64,000 nt of DNA. Origin: Azolla caroliniana. Taxonomy: Eukaryota; Plantae; Polypodiophyta. Location: positions 11,408,001-11,472,000 of the forward strand of contig JBHGNT010000008.1 in assembly GCA_043228905.1 (NCBI GenBank). The letters are read 5' to 3'. Shown here in pieces: positions 7,742-19,483 of the stretch. The notes under the pieces were generated by a model that was given only the letters and a program-made list of their open reading frames with translations, was not told the origin of the DNA and did no database searches. Each line of letters begins with the position of its first letter. Position 1 is the first letter of the stretch. The translations under genes were made by a program, and so were the position numbers.

Positions 7742-10700
7742 CGCCCCCTCAAGCTCAAGTCGGGTCGGTTTCAGATGGTATCCTAAATCCGCTTCGACTT
7801 GCGTTCTGGAGTCCGCGTCAACTCGCATTTATGCGGAGTTGCGGAGTTGCGGAATCCGTGCTCCAGTTTGCATTGTGTGTAGTTGCGAAGTCTGTGCTTC
7901 GGCTTGCATCTTTCTTCGCGGCTTTGCACGGTAGATCGGCTCTTCGCGGCTTCGTTGCGCAGTTGCGGAATCCACGCGTTATTGCGCAGTGTCTTCAGTA
8001 CTCCCCCTCAACCTTGGCAGGTCACGGATTAGCAATCTGAGATCGTTCATGAATTGCCAAAGCTTGTCGGCTCCTAAGGCTTTAGTGAAGATGTCGGCTA
8101 TTTGAAGATTTGTGCTAATGTGTTGTAGGTCAACATCGCCAGCTAGAACGCACTCTCGAATGAAGTGATAGTGCACTTCGATGTGCTTTGTTCGAACGTG
8201 GAACATCGGGTTCCGAGCTAGATAGATACTGCTCATATTGTCGCAGTAAAGGGAAGTCAGATCCTTGATGGCTACGCCCAAATCCTTGAGTATCCTTTTG
8301 AACCATACAGCTTCATAGGCGGCCACTACCGCGCTACTGTATTCCGCCTCTATGCTCGAAAGAGCGACGATTGGTTGCTTTTTGCTGCTCCAGGATATTG
8401 CTCCACAGCCGAGGGAAAAACAAATACGGAGGTTGATCTTCTATCAGCTTTGTAGCCGGCCCAATTGGTGTCTGTGTACCCCTCGAGTCGTATTGGCATC
8501 GTGGTCTTGTAGAGGATGCCACAATCCAATGTGTTGCTCACGTATCGTAGAACTCGCTTAGCGCAATCCCAGAGTTTGCATCTAGTTTGAGATTGCGATC
8601 GAGCGGGGTTGCTGTGGATTTGCACTCAGCCATACCAAACTTGTATAACAAGTTGAGGATGTAGTGCCATTGAGAGATCACGATTCCGGCCGGAGTCCGA
8701 AGTACCTCAATGCCAAGGAAGTAGGGGAGCTCCTTCATGTTCGTCATCTCAAACTTGTCGGAAAGGAGGGATTTGACTTTATTGATTTTAGCGAGATGCT
8801 CACCTCCAATGACTAGTTCATCCACATATAAGATGATGATGATCGGACTTGAGGAATCGCTTCGTATGTAGAGGGAGTTGTCTGATTTTGACATACGGAA
8901 GCCGATTTGATGAAGATATTGCGTTGTTTTCGAATGCCAAGCACGTGTGCTTGCTTGAGGCCGTAGAGTGGCTTCTTGAGTCGGCATACAGCTTTTGGAT
9001 GGGTGCTTGAGTTGAAGCAGGGTGGTTGTATCATGTACACCTCCTCTTCTAATTCTCCTTGTAGAAAGGTGTTCTTGATGTCCATTTGATGGAGGTGCCA
9101 CCCTTTCGCCGTGGCAAGCGCAATTACAGTCCGTACCATCGTCATCTTTGCCATCAGGGCAAAGGTCTCCTCATAGGCAACTCCGTGCGTTTGGGCGTAG
9201 CCTTTCGCTACGAGTCGCGCTTTGTAGCGGTTGACGGAACCGTCGGCATTGTACTTCACTTTGTAAATCCATCTGCATCCGATCGCCTTTCTGTGTGGTG
9301 AGGTGGGAATGAGATCCCATGTCCCGTTCTTGCGTAGTGCCTACATCTCCTCGTTCATGGCTTCGATCCATCGCGGATCCTTGGCTACTTCGGAAAATGA
9401 TTCCGGCTCACGTACTATTGCCACCTTCATCATAAAGGCACAATGACATGCCATGTAGTCGTTGTAGCCGAATTAGCTAACCAGATTCTCTTCACAGTGG
9501 AGTGACAAAGCTTCTCATTTGCAGAGATGAGGGCTTTCTTAGCTCCGATTGGTACATCGAAGCCGCCGAACTCACTTTGAGTGAGTGAGTCGACTCATCA
9601 TCGTCGAAGCAATTGTCTTCGTATTCCACCATTTTCGCCTTGCCTTTGTCCATCTTCGGGCTTGGCCGTGATGTGCTTTGACCGCTCAAAGGCTCTTGTA
9701 ATCCGCTTAGTCGGGTCGTGATCAGACTTTCTTCAAACATGTGCGTAAGGCGATCTTCATCCTCTATCAGGATGCAGACTTGTCAAAATTGACCTCTCGA
9801 CTTACTCGAGATTTTCGAGTTGAGGGGTTGTAGCACTTGTACCCCTTTTGCTCTAGTGAATATCCTACGAGGATACATTTCTCCGACTTCGGGTAAACCT
9901 TTTGACGCTTCTCGTCAAGGATGTGCACGTACGCTATCGCGTTGAATATCCGGGTGTGCGATAAGTCTGGCTTCTTTCTAAAGTATTTTTCGTGTGAAGT
10001 GACCTCATGACCTCCGGATGTTGTGCACTAGTTCATTAGGTAGACGGCCGTATTTGCAGCTTCGGCCCAATATGACTTGGGCATATGATTCTCATTCATC
10101 ATGACCCGCGCTACTTCGAGGATGAGGATGTGCCAATTTTTGCGCTCGGCTACTCCGTTTTGTTGCGGAGTGTGTCAGGAAGTGAACTCTCGCCAAATTC
10201 CTTCCTTTCGAAGATACGCCATGAAATCGTCCGGGAAGTACTCCTTGCTGCCATCCGATCGAAGGCATCGTAAATGATGGCCTGTGCCTTTCTCGACTTA
10301 ATTCTTGAATTTTTGGAAGTGTCCGAACACTTCGCTCTTTTGCCGCATTGGATAGATCCAAGTGTGCCTGGAGAAGTTGTCAATGAAGTTCACGTAGTAT
10401 TGGCTTCCACCGAATGTCGTCGTCTGAGCCGGACCCCATACGTCAGAATGGACTACGTCGAGTAGACCTTTGCTCACGTTCCACTCATTCGGGAATGGGT
10501 GTCGGTGTTGCTTGCCGAATTGGCACGCTTCGCATACACCTTCAATCTCCTTCTCTTTGAATGCCGGGAGTCTGATGACGACGCCTTTCGATTTCATTGC
10601 TTTGAGTTTGTTGAGATTGATGTGGCCGATTCGCTTGTGCCATAGCTCTATGTCGGAGTTGACTTTCATGCTTTTTGCGAGCATGGTGGATTTCATCTCG

Positions 10701-11515
10701 TGTGAATCGAGAATGAACATCTGGCCCTCTCTTCTTCTGCGCGTAATGATTCGTCCCTCTTTTTTGATGAAGCACCCTTCTTGGTCGAATCGTACTTGCA
10801 TCCCTTGCTCAACCATTTGGCCAACCGAGACCAAATTCTTCGTGATGGTGGGAACATGCAAGACATTTTTAATGTATGTTTGCTTACCTCTTTCGCCGAA
10901 CAGAACATTGCCGATGTGCCAAATCGGGTGTGTAGTGTTATCTCCGGTTTCGACATAACCGGGTTGCTCCGGCTCTCGAAGTTCGAGAAACCATTCTTTA
11001 TGAGATGTCATATGGTTTGAGGCTCCGGAGTCAACAAACCATACGTCCTCCGGATTGAGGGCACTAGTTGAGGTGTTGGCCGGTCAGAAGAGCAAGGACA
11101 AGTGGGAAGGCGGAATCGGATCGGATAATAGGAAGTAAATAATAGTAGAATTATTATTCGGAGGGACGGATCCGGTACAGTGGTACCAATCCGGATCTGG
11201 ACCGATTCGGATGTCGGTTGCCTAAGGGCACCGATTGTAACCTTGCCGGATGCCTATAAAAGGATCCGATGATTTGTAAAGTGTTTTGACGGAAGTAATA
11301 CAATAGTATTTAATGCGTATTTATCTGTATCTCGTATTGTTTACCGTCTGTGCTTAATTGTAATCATCTTATGCGTGTAACCTAGCATCCAATCCTTACC
11401 ACCCCTTTGGAGAAGTGTCGGATAGACACCTGTGTTGAGGCTAGTCCGGCCAGACAGACAACACTATTTTGGCGACCGCGATTCCTGCAAAGTGTAGAGG
11501 AAAACCGGGGGATGG

Positions 11516-13835
11516 ATGTCTAGACCAAATGATGACCACATCACCGAACGAGGGAGACGATACACCGAACGCGAGCAACGACGGGAAGCCCTGCAGCAAG
11601 CCGTCGACGAGATCCGGTGGGATCGGTCATTCTCCAAAACTCTTCGGAGAGTCGCAGAAGAAGCACTGCAGTTCCGGGTTCTGCAAATCCCCGATGAAGG
11701 CAGTAGCATAACAAGCCTACAAGAGGCGGAAACGATACTGCAGACGCTCGCCGCGGGCGACGGGGACTCGGAAGCATTCGCAACACTTGAGGCGGAGTTG
11801 GAAAGCGACGGAAGCGTTGCATCCCGGTATAAAAGCAGCCACGACACACCAAACGACCGGGAGGACGAGGGGTCGGAAGACTCAGTAACACCGGCGCTAG
11901 AGGAAGAAATAACCCTGGAATTCGGTGACCGGCAACCGCCGAGGAAGGCTGACCGGATACCGACAACAACCGCGAGGGAACCGAGGGAGCGGATACCGAC
12001 AACACCCGCGGAGGAACCAACGGACCAGACACTGGCAACACCCGCGGAGGAACCAAAGGTTCTCACACCAACGCCAACAGCGGACAAAGAGCGGAGGAAA
12101 CAGGAGAGTCAGTTGGACGACACGATGCCGTACCCATACCCAAAGTACCGGGATGAGGCCGACGCGGAGGCACACGTGTACGCATTCCTCCAAACATGGG
12201 AAGCCAACCATATCTCCCAAAGACTGACGGAGCCCGAAGCCGAACGATCCAAAATCGCCGAATTCGGCATAACCTTAGAAGGACCGGCGGCCCAATGGCA
12301 CGCAAAGCACTTACCAGGCACCTTTGCCACATTCGATGCCTTGAAGGCCAGATTCCTCAGGTTTTTTCACAGACAATTTGAGCAAAGGGAATTGGTCGGG
12401 CAGTTCTACACCACCCGGCAGGAAGAGAACGAGATATGCCACAATTCATCATTCGGTTCCAGACCCTGCACAGCCAACTGACAAGAGCACCACCCGAAGA
12501 CGAAGCCAAAGCAGTCTTTCTGGCCGCACTGAAAGAGCCACTTCGAACAATGTGCGGAGTCCTTGATTTCCAAACCAGCACAATGGACCAAGTTATTGAT
12601 CAGGTTTTAGAAATGGACAAGACTAGCCCCTTCTTGTCGATGGGGATGTTACACCGGGCACTCCCAAAGGAGGAAGACCTGAGGTTCCGACAGGCCTTAC
12701 AATGTACAACATGCCTAAATTCGGGGCACTCAACAGTAGACTGCACCCTGCGGACACAATGTGTGATCTGCAACTCTCGAGCCCATACAACGGACCGATG
12801 CGAATATAACCTGTTAAATCGGCAGGCAGCACCGGTTTGACACATAGAACCGCGCAATCAGAACCCGGACGAGGATCGATTCCGGAGAGACGACCGTTAC
12901 CAACGCGAACGCGGTAACAGATACGCTGATAGAAGACGCGACAACTATGACCGAGAGGAGAGACGCAGAGATAGCTACCCCCGGGACCGGTACAACAGAG
13001 ACGAATCCCCGGAAGACGACCGACGCAGAGAAGAGAGGTGACAAGGATACGCTGATACAAGACGCGACAACTATGACCGAGAGGAGAGACGCAAAGATAG
13101 CTACCCCCGGAACCGGTACGACCGAGACGAAGCCCCGGAATACGACCGACGCAGAGAAGAGAGGCGACAAGGGAACCGAAATTTCCGACGGAATCAAAAG
13201 CGTGGATTTTTCCGAAGAGAGGAACGTCGGGAGGCAGCAAGGAATGACAACCCGATATCGGTACCGGATAACCGAAAAACCGAAGACGACCGCCGGAGCA
13301 TACCCACTCTCCAAACCGGGGACAAAGGAGAAACGAGCAACAGTCACAAGGTGTACTGTTATTACTGCTGCAAGGAAGGCCACTATAGTAACCAATGCCC
13401 AAGCAAAAGCTATGACAAGAAGCCGGAAGTCAACATGGTTACAGCCGAAATAACAGAGGTACAGCAGGTCACAACCCGGTCAAAGGGAAAGACCACCGAG
13501 TGGGAAGCCTAGGAGGCAATCAGAAAACAAGCGACACAATGGATCAAGGAGGCCAATGAACAGAATGCGGCAGAAGTAAGAGACCAAAATATGCCAAAAG
13601 ACGAAGAAATCATACAGCTAGGAGAAAACCCGACGTGGCAAGCGCTACAGGACTGTCAAATCATGCTGCCGTTAGCACGACTACTACAGTTAGTGCCACG
13701 ATTTACGGCAGACCTACAGGCATCCGTTGGCAAACCGAAGCCGACACCAGCACCGACATTCTTCTCCAACCCGGAGGAAGGACCAGCGGTGGTCGATACA
13801 AGTAGCCCGGCGATCACGGCAATCGTGAAAGGAAG
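11516..13835 (+). pseudogene. gag: gag of gypsy C (frameshift and stops; ~125-bp tandem duplication at ~12920-13170)
   Basis: ORFs 11516-12481 and 12436-12840, CTTCLNSGHSTVDC, homologous to 41851-43773. Confidence 0.8.
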
Positions 13836-13892
13836 GAAAAGCAGGAAGCTTATGCGCATGCTAAGGCAGGGGTTGACCGGATCAAGCTCATC

Positions 13893-14663
13893 ATGTCAGG
13901 ATGGAGTACCCGAGCTCAGGCAAGCATCAACGAAAGTACGGAAAAGCTATGGAAGGAGTGGTCACAACAGGCAGCCGAGCTGCAGACACTCCGAGCGGAT
14001 GCCGAGAATCGGAGGAAGACCGGTGACAGGTTCTACAAGATGGATGAAGAAAGTATCGTCGCTATTCGGGAAGAATTGTCGGAGGATTTCTACACTTTAG
14101 CAGAAGAACACCTCAAAGAAATCCGAGGGTTGGTAGAGAGGTTGGATGACGGGCAGCTTGCAACTCAGTTAGAGTTGGAGAGATACGAGCAGGACCGGTT
14201 ACGACAGGAAGCTAAGGGAAGAACGACGCCAATCACGATAAGTAAGGGAGAGCGACCGGCTGGAGATGAACCAACCGACACCGAACAACCCCGACGAGGA
14301 ATACCCGAAGATGAACTTGAAGAAGAGCAGGAGCGGACCGATGCCGGAGAAGAAGAAGAGCTGAGACCGGAAGACACCAGAGCAGAGGAAGGAGGCATAT
14401 CGAGTCGACCAGTCGAGACCGGAGAAAGCGACACCGGTAACAGAACAGAGCCAGGAACGGAGGGAGAACAGGAAGAACCCGGACGAAGCGGTGAGGAAGC
14501 ACCGGCACCACAGAATCAAGAAGAGCCGGAGCAGCAAATTTTTACGGAACAGCCTACCCAACCGGAGGTCGGAGACCAGGCAGGCAAGGAACAGGAACAG
14601 GAGGAAGAAGCACCAATTGACACTATCGAGCAGAGTGTGCTCGATATTTTGGAGGAAGACTGA
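13893..14663 (+). CDS. C-terminal part of the extra 3' ORF of gypsy C (helical/coiled-coil region plus acidic tail; function unknown)
   Basis: 256 aa open. Homologous to the disrupted ORF at ~48960-49551 (ELSEDF/ELAEDF; EQSVLDILEED/EQSIFDILDEE). Confidence 0.65.
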   Translation: MSGWSTRAQASINESTEKLWKEWSQQAAELQTLRADAENRRKTGDRFYKMDEESIVAIREELSEDFYTLAEEHLKEIRGLVERLDDGQLATQLELERYEQDRLRQEAKGRTTPITISKGERPAGDEPTDTEQPRRGIPEDELEEEQERTDAGEEEELRPEDTRAEEGGISSRPVETGESDTGNRTEPGTEGEQEEPGRSGEEAPAPQNQEEPEQQIFTEQPTQPEVGDQAGKEQEQEEEAPIDTIEQSVLDILEED

Positions 14664-15104
14664 GGCCGGGAGTGGATTCGAAGTGCATGACACTTTCCCA
14701 CGGGCGTGCCATGTGTTGGCCGGTCAGAAGAGCAAGGACAAGTAAGGAAGGCGGAATCGGATCGGATAATAGGAAGTAAATAATAGTAGAATTATTATTC
14801 GAAGGGACGGATCCGGTACAGTGGTACCGATCCGGATCCGAACCGATTCGGATGTCGGTTGCCTAAGCGCACCGATTGTAACCTTGCCGGATGCCTATAA
14901 AAGGATCCGATGATTTGTAAAGTGTTTTGACGGAAGTAATACAATAGTATTTAATGCGTATTTATCTGTATCTCGTATTGTTTACCGTCTGTGCTTAATT
15001 GTAATTATCTTATGCGTGTAACCTAGCATCCAATCCTTACCACCCCTTTGGAGAAGTGTCGGATAGACACCTGTGTTGAGGCTAGTCCGGCCAGACAAAC
15101 AACA

Positions 15105-15850
15105 CACTTCGCTCTTTTGCCGCATTGGATAGATCCAAGTGTGCCTGGAGAAGTTGTCAATGAAGGTCACGTAGTATTGGCTTCCGCCGAATGTCGTCGT
15201 CTGAGCCGGACCCCATACGTCAGAATGGACAACGTCGAGTAGACCTTTGCTCACGTTCCACTCATTCGGGAATGGGTGTCGGTGTTGCTTGCCGAATTGG
15301 CACGCTTCGCATACACCTTCAATCTCCTTCTCTTTGAATGCCGGGAGTCTGATGACGACGCCTTTCGATTTCATTGCTTTGAGTTTGTTGAGATTGATGT
15401 GGCCGATTCGCTTGTGCCATAGCTCTATGTTGGAGTTGACTTTCGTGCTTTTTGCGAGCATGGTGGATTTCATCTCGTGTGAATCGAGAATGAACATCCG
15501 GCCCTCTCTTCTTCTGCGCGTAATGATTCGTCCCTCTTTTTTGATGAAGCACCCTTCTTGGTCGAATCGTACTTGCATCCCTTGCTCAACCATTTGGCCA
15601 ACCGAGACCAAATTCTTCGTGATGGTGGGAACATGCAAGACATTTTTAATGTATGTTTGCTTACCTCTTTCGCCGAACAGAACATTGCCGATGTGCCGAA
15701 TCGGGTGCGTAGTGTTATCTCCGATTTCGACATAACCGGGTCGCTCCGGCTCTCGAAGTTCGAGAAACCATTCTTTATGAGATGTCATATGGTTTGAGGC
15801 TCCGGAGTCAACAAACCATACGTCCTCCGGATTGAGGGCACTAGTTGAGG
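15105..15850. repeat. 746-bp direct duplication of 10328-11073 flanking gypsy C
   Basis: Near-identical copia protease/integrase sequence on both sides of C. The ORF track shows duplicated peptides. Confidence 0.92.
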
Positions 15851-17732
15851 TAGAGGCCGACATAGAGTTTGCTCTATGTTTCATCATGAACATTCCGCCA
15901 CGGTCGGAGTTGTGTGCATACATTCCACCACGATCTTCGTAGTCGGAGTTGTGCCCGTACATTCCGCTATACTCTTCGTAGTCGGAATTGTGCGCGTAAT
16001 TCGTGAGTCGTCGACTTATGGAAGCTGATTCACGCATCTTCTTTCGGCACTCTTCATCGTGGTGGCCGAGCTTTTCGCAATATCCACATTCGGTTGCGTT
16101 TTGACGGCTTGGGCCGGAGTGGAAGCTCCCCCTTCTTGCGAAGGTTCCTCGTTGGCTTCCGTTTTGCGACCGAAATTGGGAGTTGTTGTCGTAGGTTAGA
16201 CCTCGTCCGCCTTGTCCTTGGTCGAATCGGCCTCTCGCTCGTCCTCGTCCTCTTCGTCTGTTCAAGTGCGTGTAGAGTATGTGGCCTTCCGACTCATTGC
16301 TCCTTGTATGCACGTGGTTTTCTTTGACCAATAGCATTGATTGGAGCTCGAAGAAGGAGGGAGATTTCTCCCTTGCTAGAACGGCAGTTGGCATCGCGCC
16401 GAACCGTAGTGCGAGACCGCCGAGGCATATTTGCACCATCTCATCATCATCGATATTTACGCTTATCGAACCAAGCGAGTCGCAAAGCTCCTCGATCTTC
16501 AAGGTGTATATCGTGATGGACATGTCCCTTTGTTGAATGTTGTTCAACTCTTGGCGGAGTTGAAGCCTTATTGCGGTTGTGTTCGCTGCGAAAATCTTTC
16601 GTAGATTTTCCCATGCCTCCTTAGGCGCCTTGGCTTCGCGAATGTAACTGAGCATTTGATCATGAACACTGGTTGCCAAGCAATACATCACGCAGGTTGC
16701 GGCTTGTTCCCATGTCGCGTATCCAGGAGCTGCTTCGGCGGGTCGGTCTTCGTGCTCTCCTTTAATGTAGCTCTAATAGCCTTGTCCGACAAGGTATTGG
16801 TGCATCTTGTACTCCCAAGATGCGAAGTTGTTTCAATCCAACTTCTCGGTAGGGACAACGCTCCCCATTTGAGTATTCATTATGTCGATTCTTCTTCTTC
16901 TTCTTCTTCTTCTCTTTTCAAATGCGAGCCATGTAACGAAGCTACGATAGTGATGAGCCGGTTCTTCTTGAACGTTGGTGTAGAGCTTAACACATGTAGA
17001 TGGGCTAGATGGAGCTACCAAATCGCTCTGATACCACGTAAAGAATCAAGATATGGATTTTGTGCAGCAGAATAGATATGAATTGTGTGTGTGTATGAGA
17101 GAGAGAGAGAGTGAGTGAGAGAGAGACAAGGAGTAAGACACAGAGAATACGCAAGGTAATGTATATTAACAAAGGAGAAAGACCTAACATCATACAAGGT
17201 GGGAGGAGGGTGCTTTATATAGTCACCCTCTCTCTTCATTAACTACAAGACTCATGGAGCATGGGGATTGTGAAAACTCATAAATTATGTGTCATAGAAT
17301 ATGATTCTATGACTCATACTAAATGCTAGAATACAAAGAGGTGACATAATGGTGACTCTTGACCATTGGAGTGTCAAGATTCGAACTCTTGACATGATCA
17401 TGTTATAATCCAATGTTATGTATTAACCACGCATCTATCATATAATCATGTATACACTTCTTCATTGTGGGTTTTAGCTAGCATCATGTGCATAATTTCT
17501 CCGTTGTAGTATTTACACTTGGCACATACATGCGTACCTATTGCCTACATGCTCTATTGTATCACATGCGTGCAACAGGTATGCATGCCACTTAGTATAA
17601 ATAGTTGAGTTCACCTTGAAGGAATTCAAGGTGAACAACGCCAGTCATGGACATATTAATCTAGTATTTTTGTTTTGCCCATATTCTCTCCCTAATCTTC
17701 ATCTCTATCTTTATGCTCTTGTGTCATTCCGT

Positions 17733-17955
17733 ACACGAATGGGTGTGAGCGACCATGCGGCCCTCACTGGGAACTGGAACACGAACACCAACAGCAGTGA
17801 GCAGCCTTGTGCGGACCTCACCGGAACGGGAACACGAACACCAACGGGAGTGAGTGGCCTTGTGCAGCCCTCACCAGGAACTGGAACACGAACACCAACG
17901 GGAGTGAGCGGCCTTGTGCGGCCCTCACCGGGATCTAGAACATGAACACGAACGG
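17733..17955 (+). repeat. ~41-47-bp minisatellite GGAACTGGAACACGAACACCAACGGGAGTGAGCGGCCTTGTGCGGCCCTCACCG; also at ~18965-19483, 24319-24700, 25445-26330 (-), 27085-27587, 32020-32530 (-), 33427-34010, 35360-35850
   Basis: Tandem degenerate copies with no unique spacers. Confidence 0.9.
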
Positions 17956-18399
17956 GAAAGAAACTAAAGAATAGAGACAATGATGAGGAGAAACTAAAAA
18001 ATAGAGACATTGAAGCGATGTTGATGATGGTACGGCGATGATGGTAACTCTAGAAGCAAGGGTGATGACGGAGATGGGTGATGCTTCTAGTTGGAAGGTG
18101 AACAAACTGTCACGGACACACCAACTGCAGACTAAAGACGGAGCACCGATGATGAGGCTACGAAGGAGCAATGACGGAATGACACAAGAGCATAAAGATA
18201 GAGATGAAGATTAAGGAGACAATATTTCTAGCTTGGTGTGTCCGTGACAGTTTTTTCACCTTCCAACTAGAAGCATTACCCATCTTCGCCATCGCCCTTG
18301 CTTCTAGAGTTACAATCGTCACCGTCATTGGTTCTAGAGTTACCATCATCAACATCCCTTCGTTTTCTATCTTCCTCACCATCTCTATCTCTTAGTTTC

Positions 18400-18620
18400 T
18401 TTTCATCATCGTCTTTGTCTTTTCGCTCCTAGTTTCTTCTCATCATCATCTCTATCTCTGCACTTCTTATCATATTCCACATCCCTATCTCCTAGTTTCT
18501 TCTCATCATCATCTCTATCTCCTAGTTTTTTCTCATCCTTCACATCTCTATCTCCTAGTTTCTTCTCGTCATCATCTCTATCTTTGCACTTCTTATCATC
18601 TCCCACATCTCTATCTTGCA
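18400..18620. repeat. ~30-33-bp tandem repeat CTCCTAGTTTCTTCTCATCATCATCTCTATCT
   Basis: Read directly; gives the DRDDDEKKLG repeat in the spurious minus-strand ORF. Confidence 0.8.
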
Positions 18621-19483
18621 TTTTTTGTCATTGTTAAATGTCACATACATGACGACAAAATTTGAACTCTTGACCTCTTGTATATAGTCAAGTGTTGTGT
18701 TCTAACCAACACATCCAAATATATGGTCACGTTATGTATATCTTATTAGATTATTAGTATATTATATATTTCAAGTTCTAGGAGCTTTTAGAAGGTTCTA
18801 GAGGGTTCTAGAATATTCTCCCAAATATTCTAATGTTTGTAGTTCGACTCATAGTATAAATACTTGTAACCTCCTTGGTCCCTTTCAAGGGATTCAACAC
18901 TAGTCATTGACACATCAATCTAGTATTCTTGTTTAGCCCCATCTCTCTCCTTGATTTACATCTTTCGGCCCTCACCAGGAACTGGAACACGAACACCAAC
19001 GGGAGTGAGTGTCCTTGTGCGGCCCTCACCGGGAACTGGAACACGAACACCAATGTGAGTCGACCTCATGTTCCTCCCCTTTACAACCGCCTTTTCAAAA
19101 GTGTGATGTAGGGGTGAGCAAGAAGTAGAGCACTAATGGGTGTGAGTGACCATGTGTTGTCCTCACCACAGACACGAACAACAATGGATGCGAGTGACCA
19201 TGATCGGTCATCATTGGGAACTAGAACTGGAACACGAATACTAACAGGAGTGAGAGACCATGTGTGGTCCTCACCGGAGACTGGAACACGAACACCAACG
19301 GGCATGAGAGACCATGTCGGTGCTCGCTAAGAGTTGGAACACGAACACCAACAGGCATGAGCGACCATGTGAGGTCCTCACCGAGAACTGGAACATGAAC
19401 CGCAATGGGCATGAGTGACCATGTCAGTCCTCGCCAGGATGTGGAACATGAAAAATAATTGGAGTGAGCGACCATGTGCGGTC

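Larger units (their letters stand above)
11074..15104 (+). mobile_element. Internally deleted non-chromovirus Ty3/gypsy element C (relative of G)
   Basis: LTRs 11074-11463 and 14714-15104. PBS-like TTTTGGCGACC. gag with CCHC knuckles. Jumps at ~13835 from just before the protease to the 3' extra ORF. Confidence 0.88.
7979..16880 (-). pseudogene. Copia B gag-pol (gag, CCHC, protease, integrase, RT, RNase H), disrupted and split by gypsy C
   Basis: CGYCEKLGHHDEEC, WFVDSGASNHM, LWHKRIGH..CEAC, HSDVWGP, YKARLVAKGY, LYVDE, RTKHIEVHYHFIRE, ADIFTK. Confidence 0.9.
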
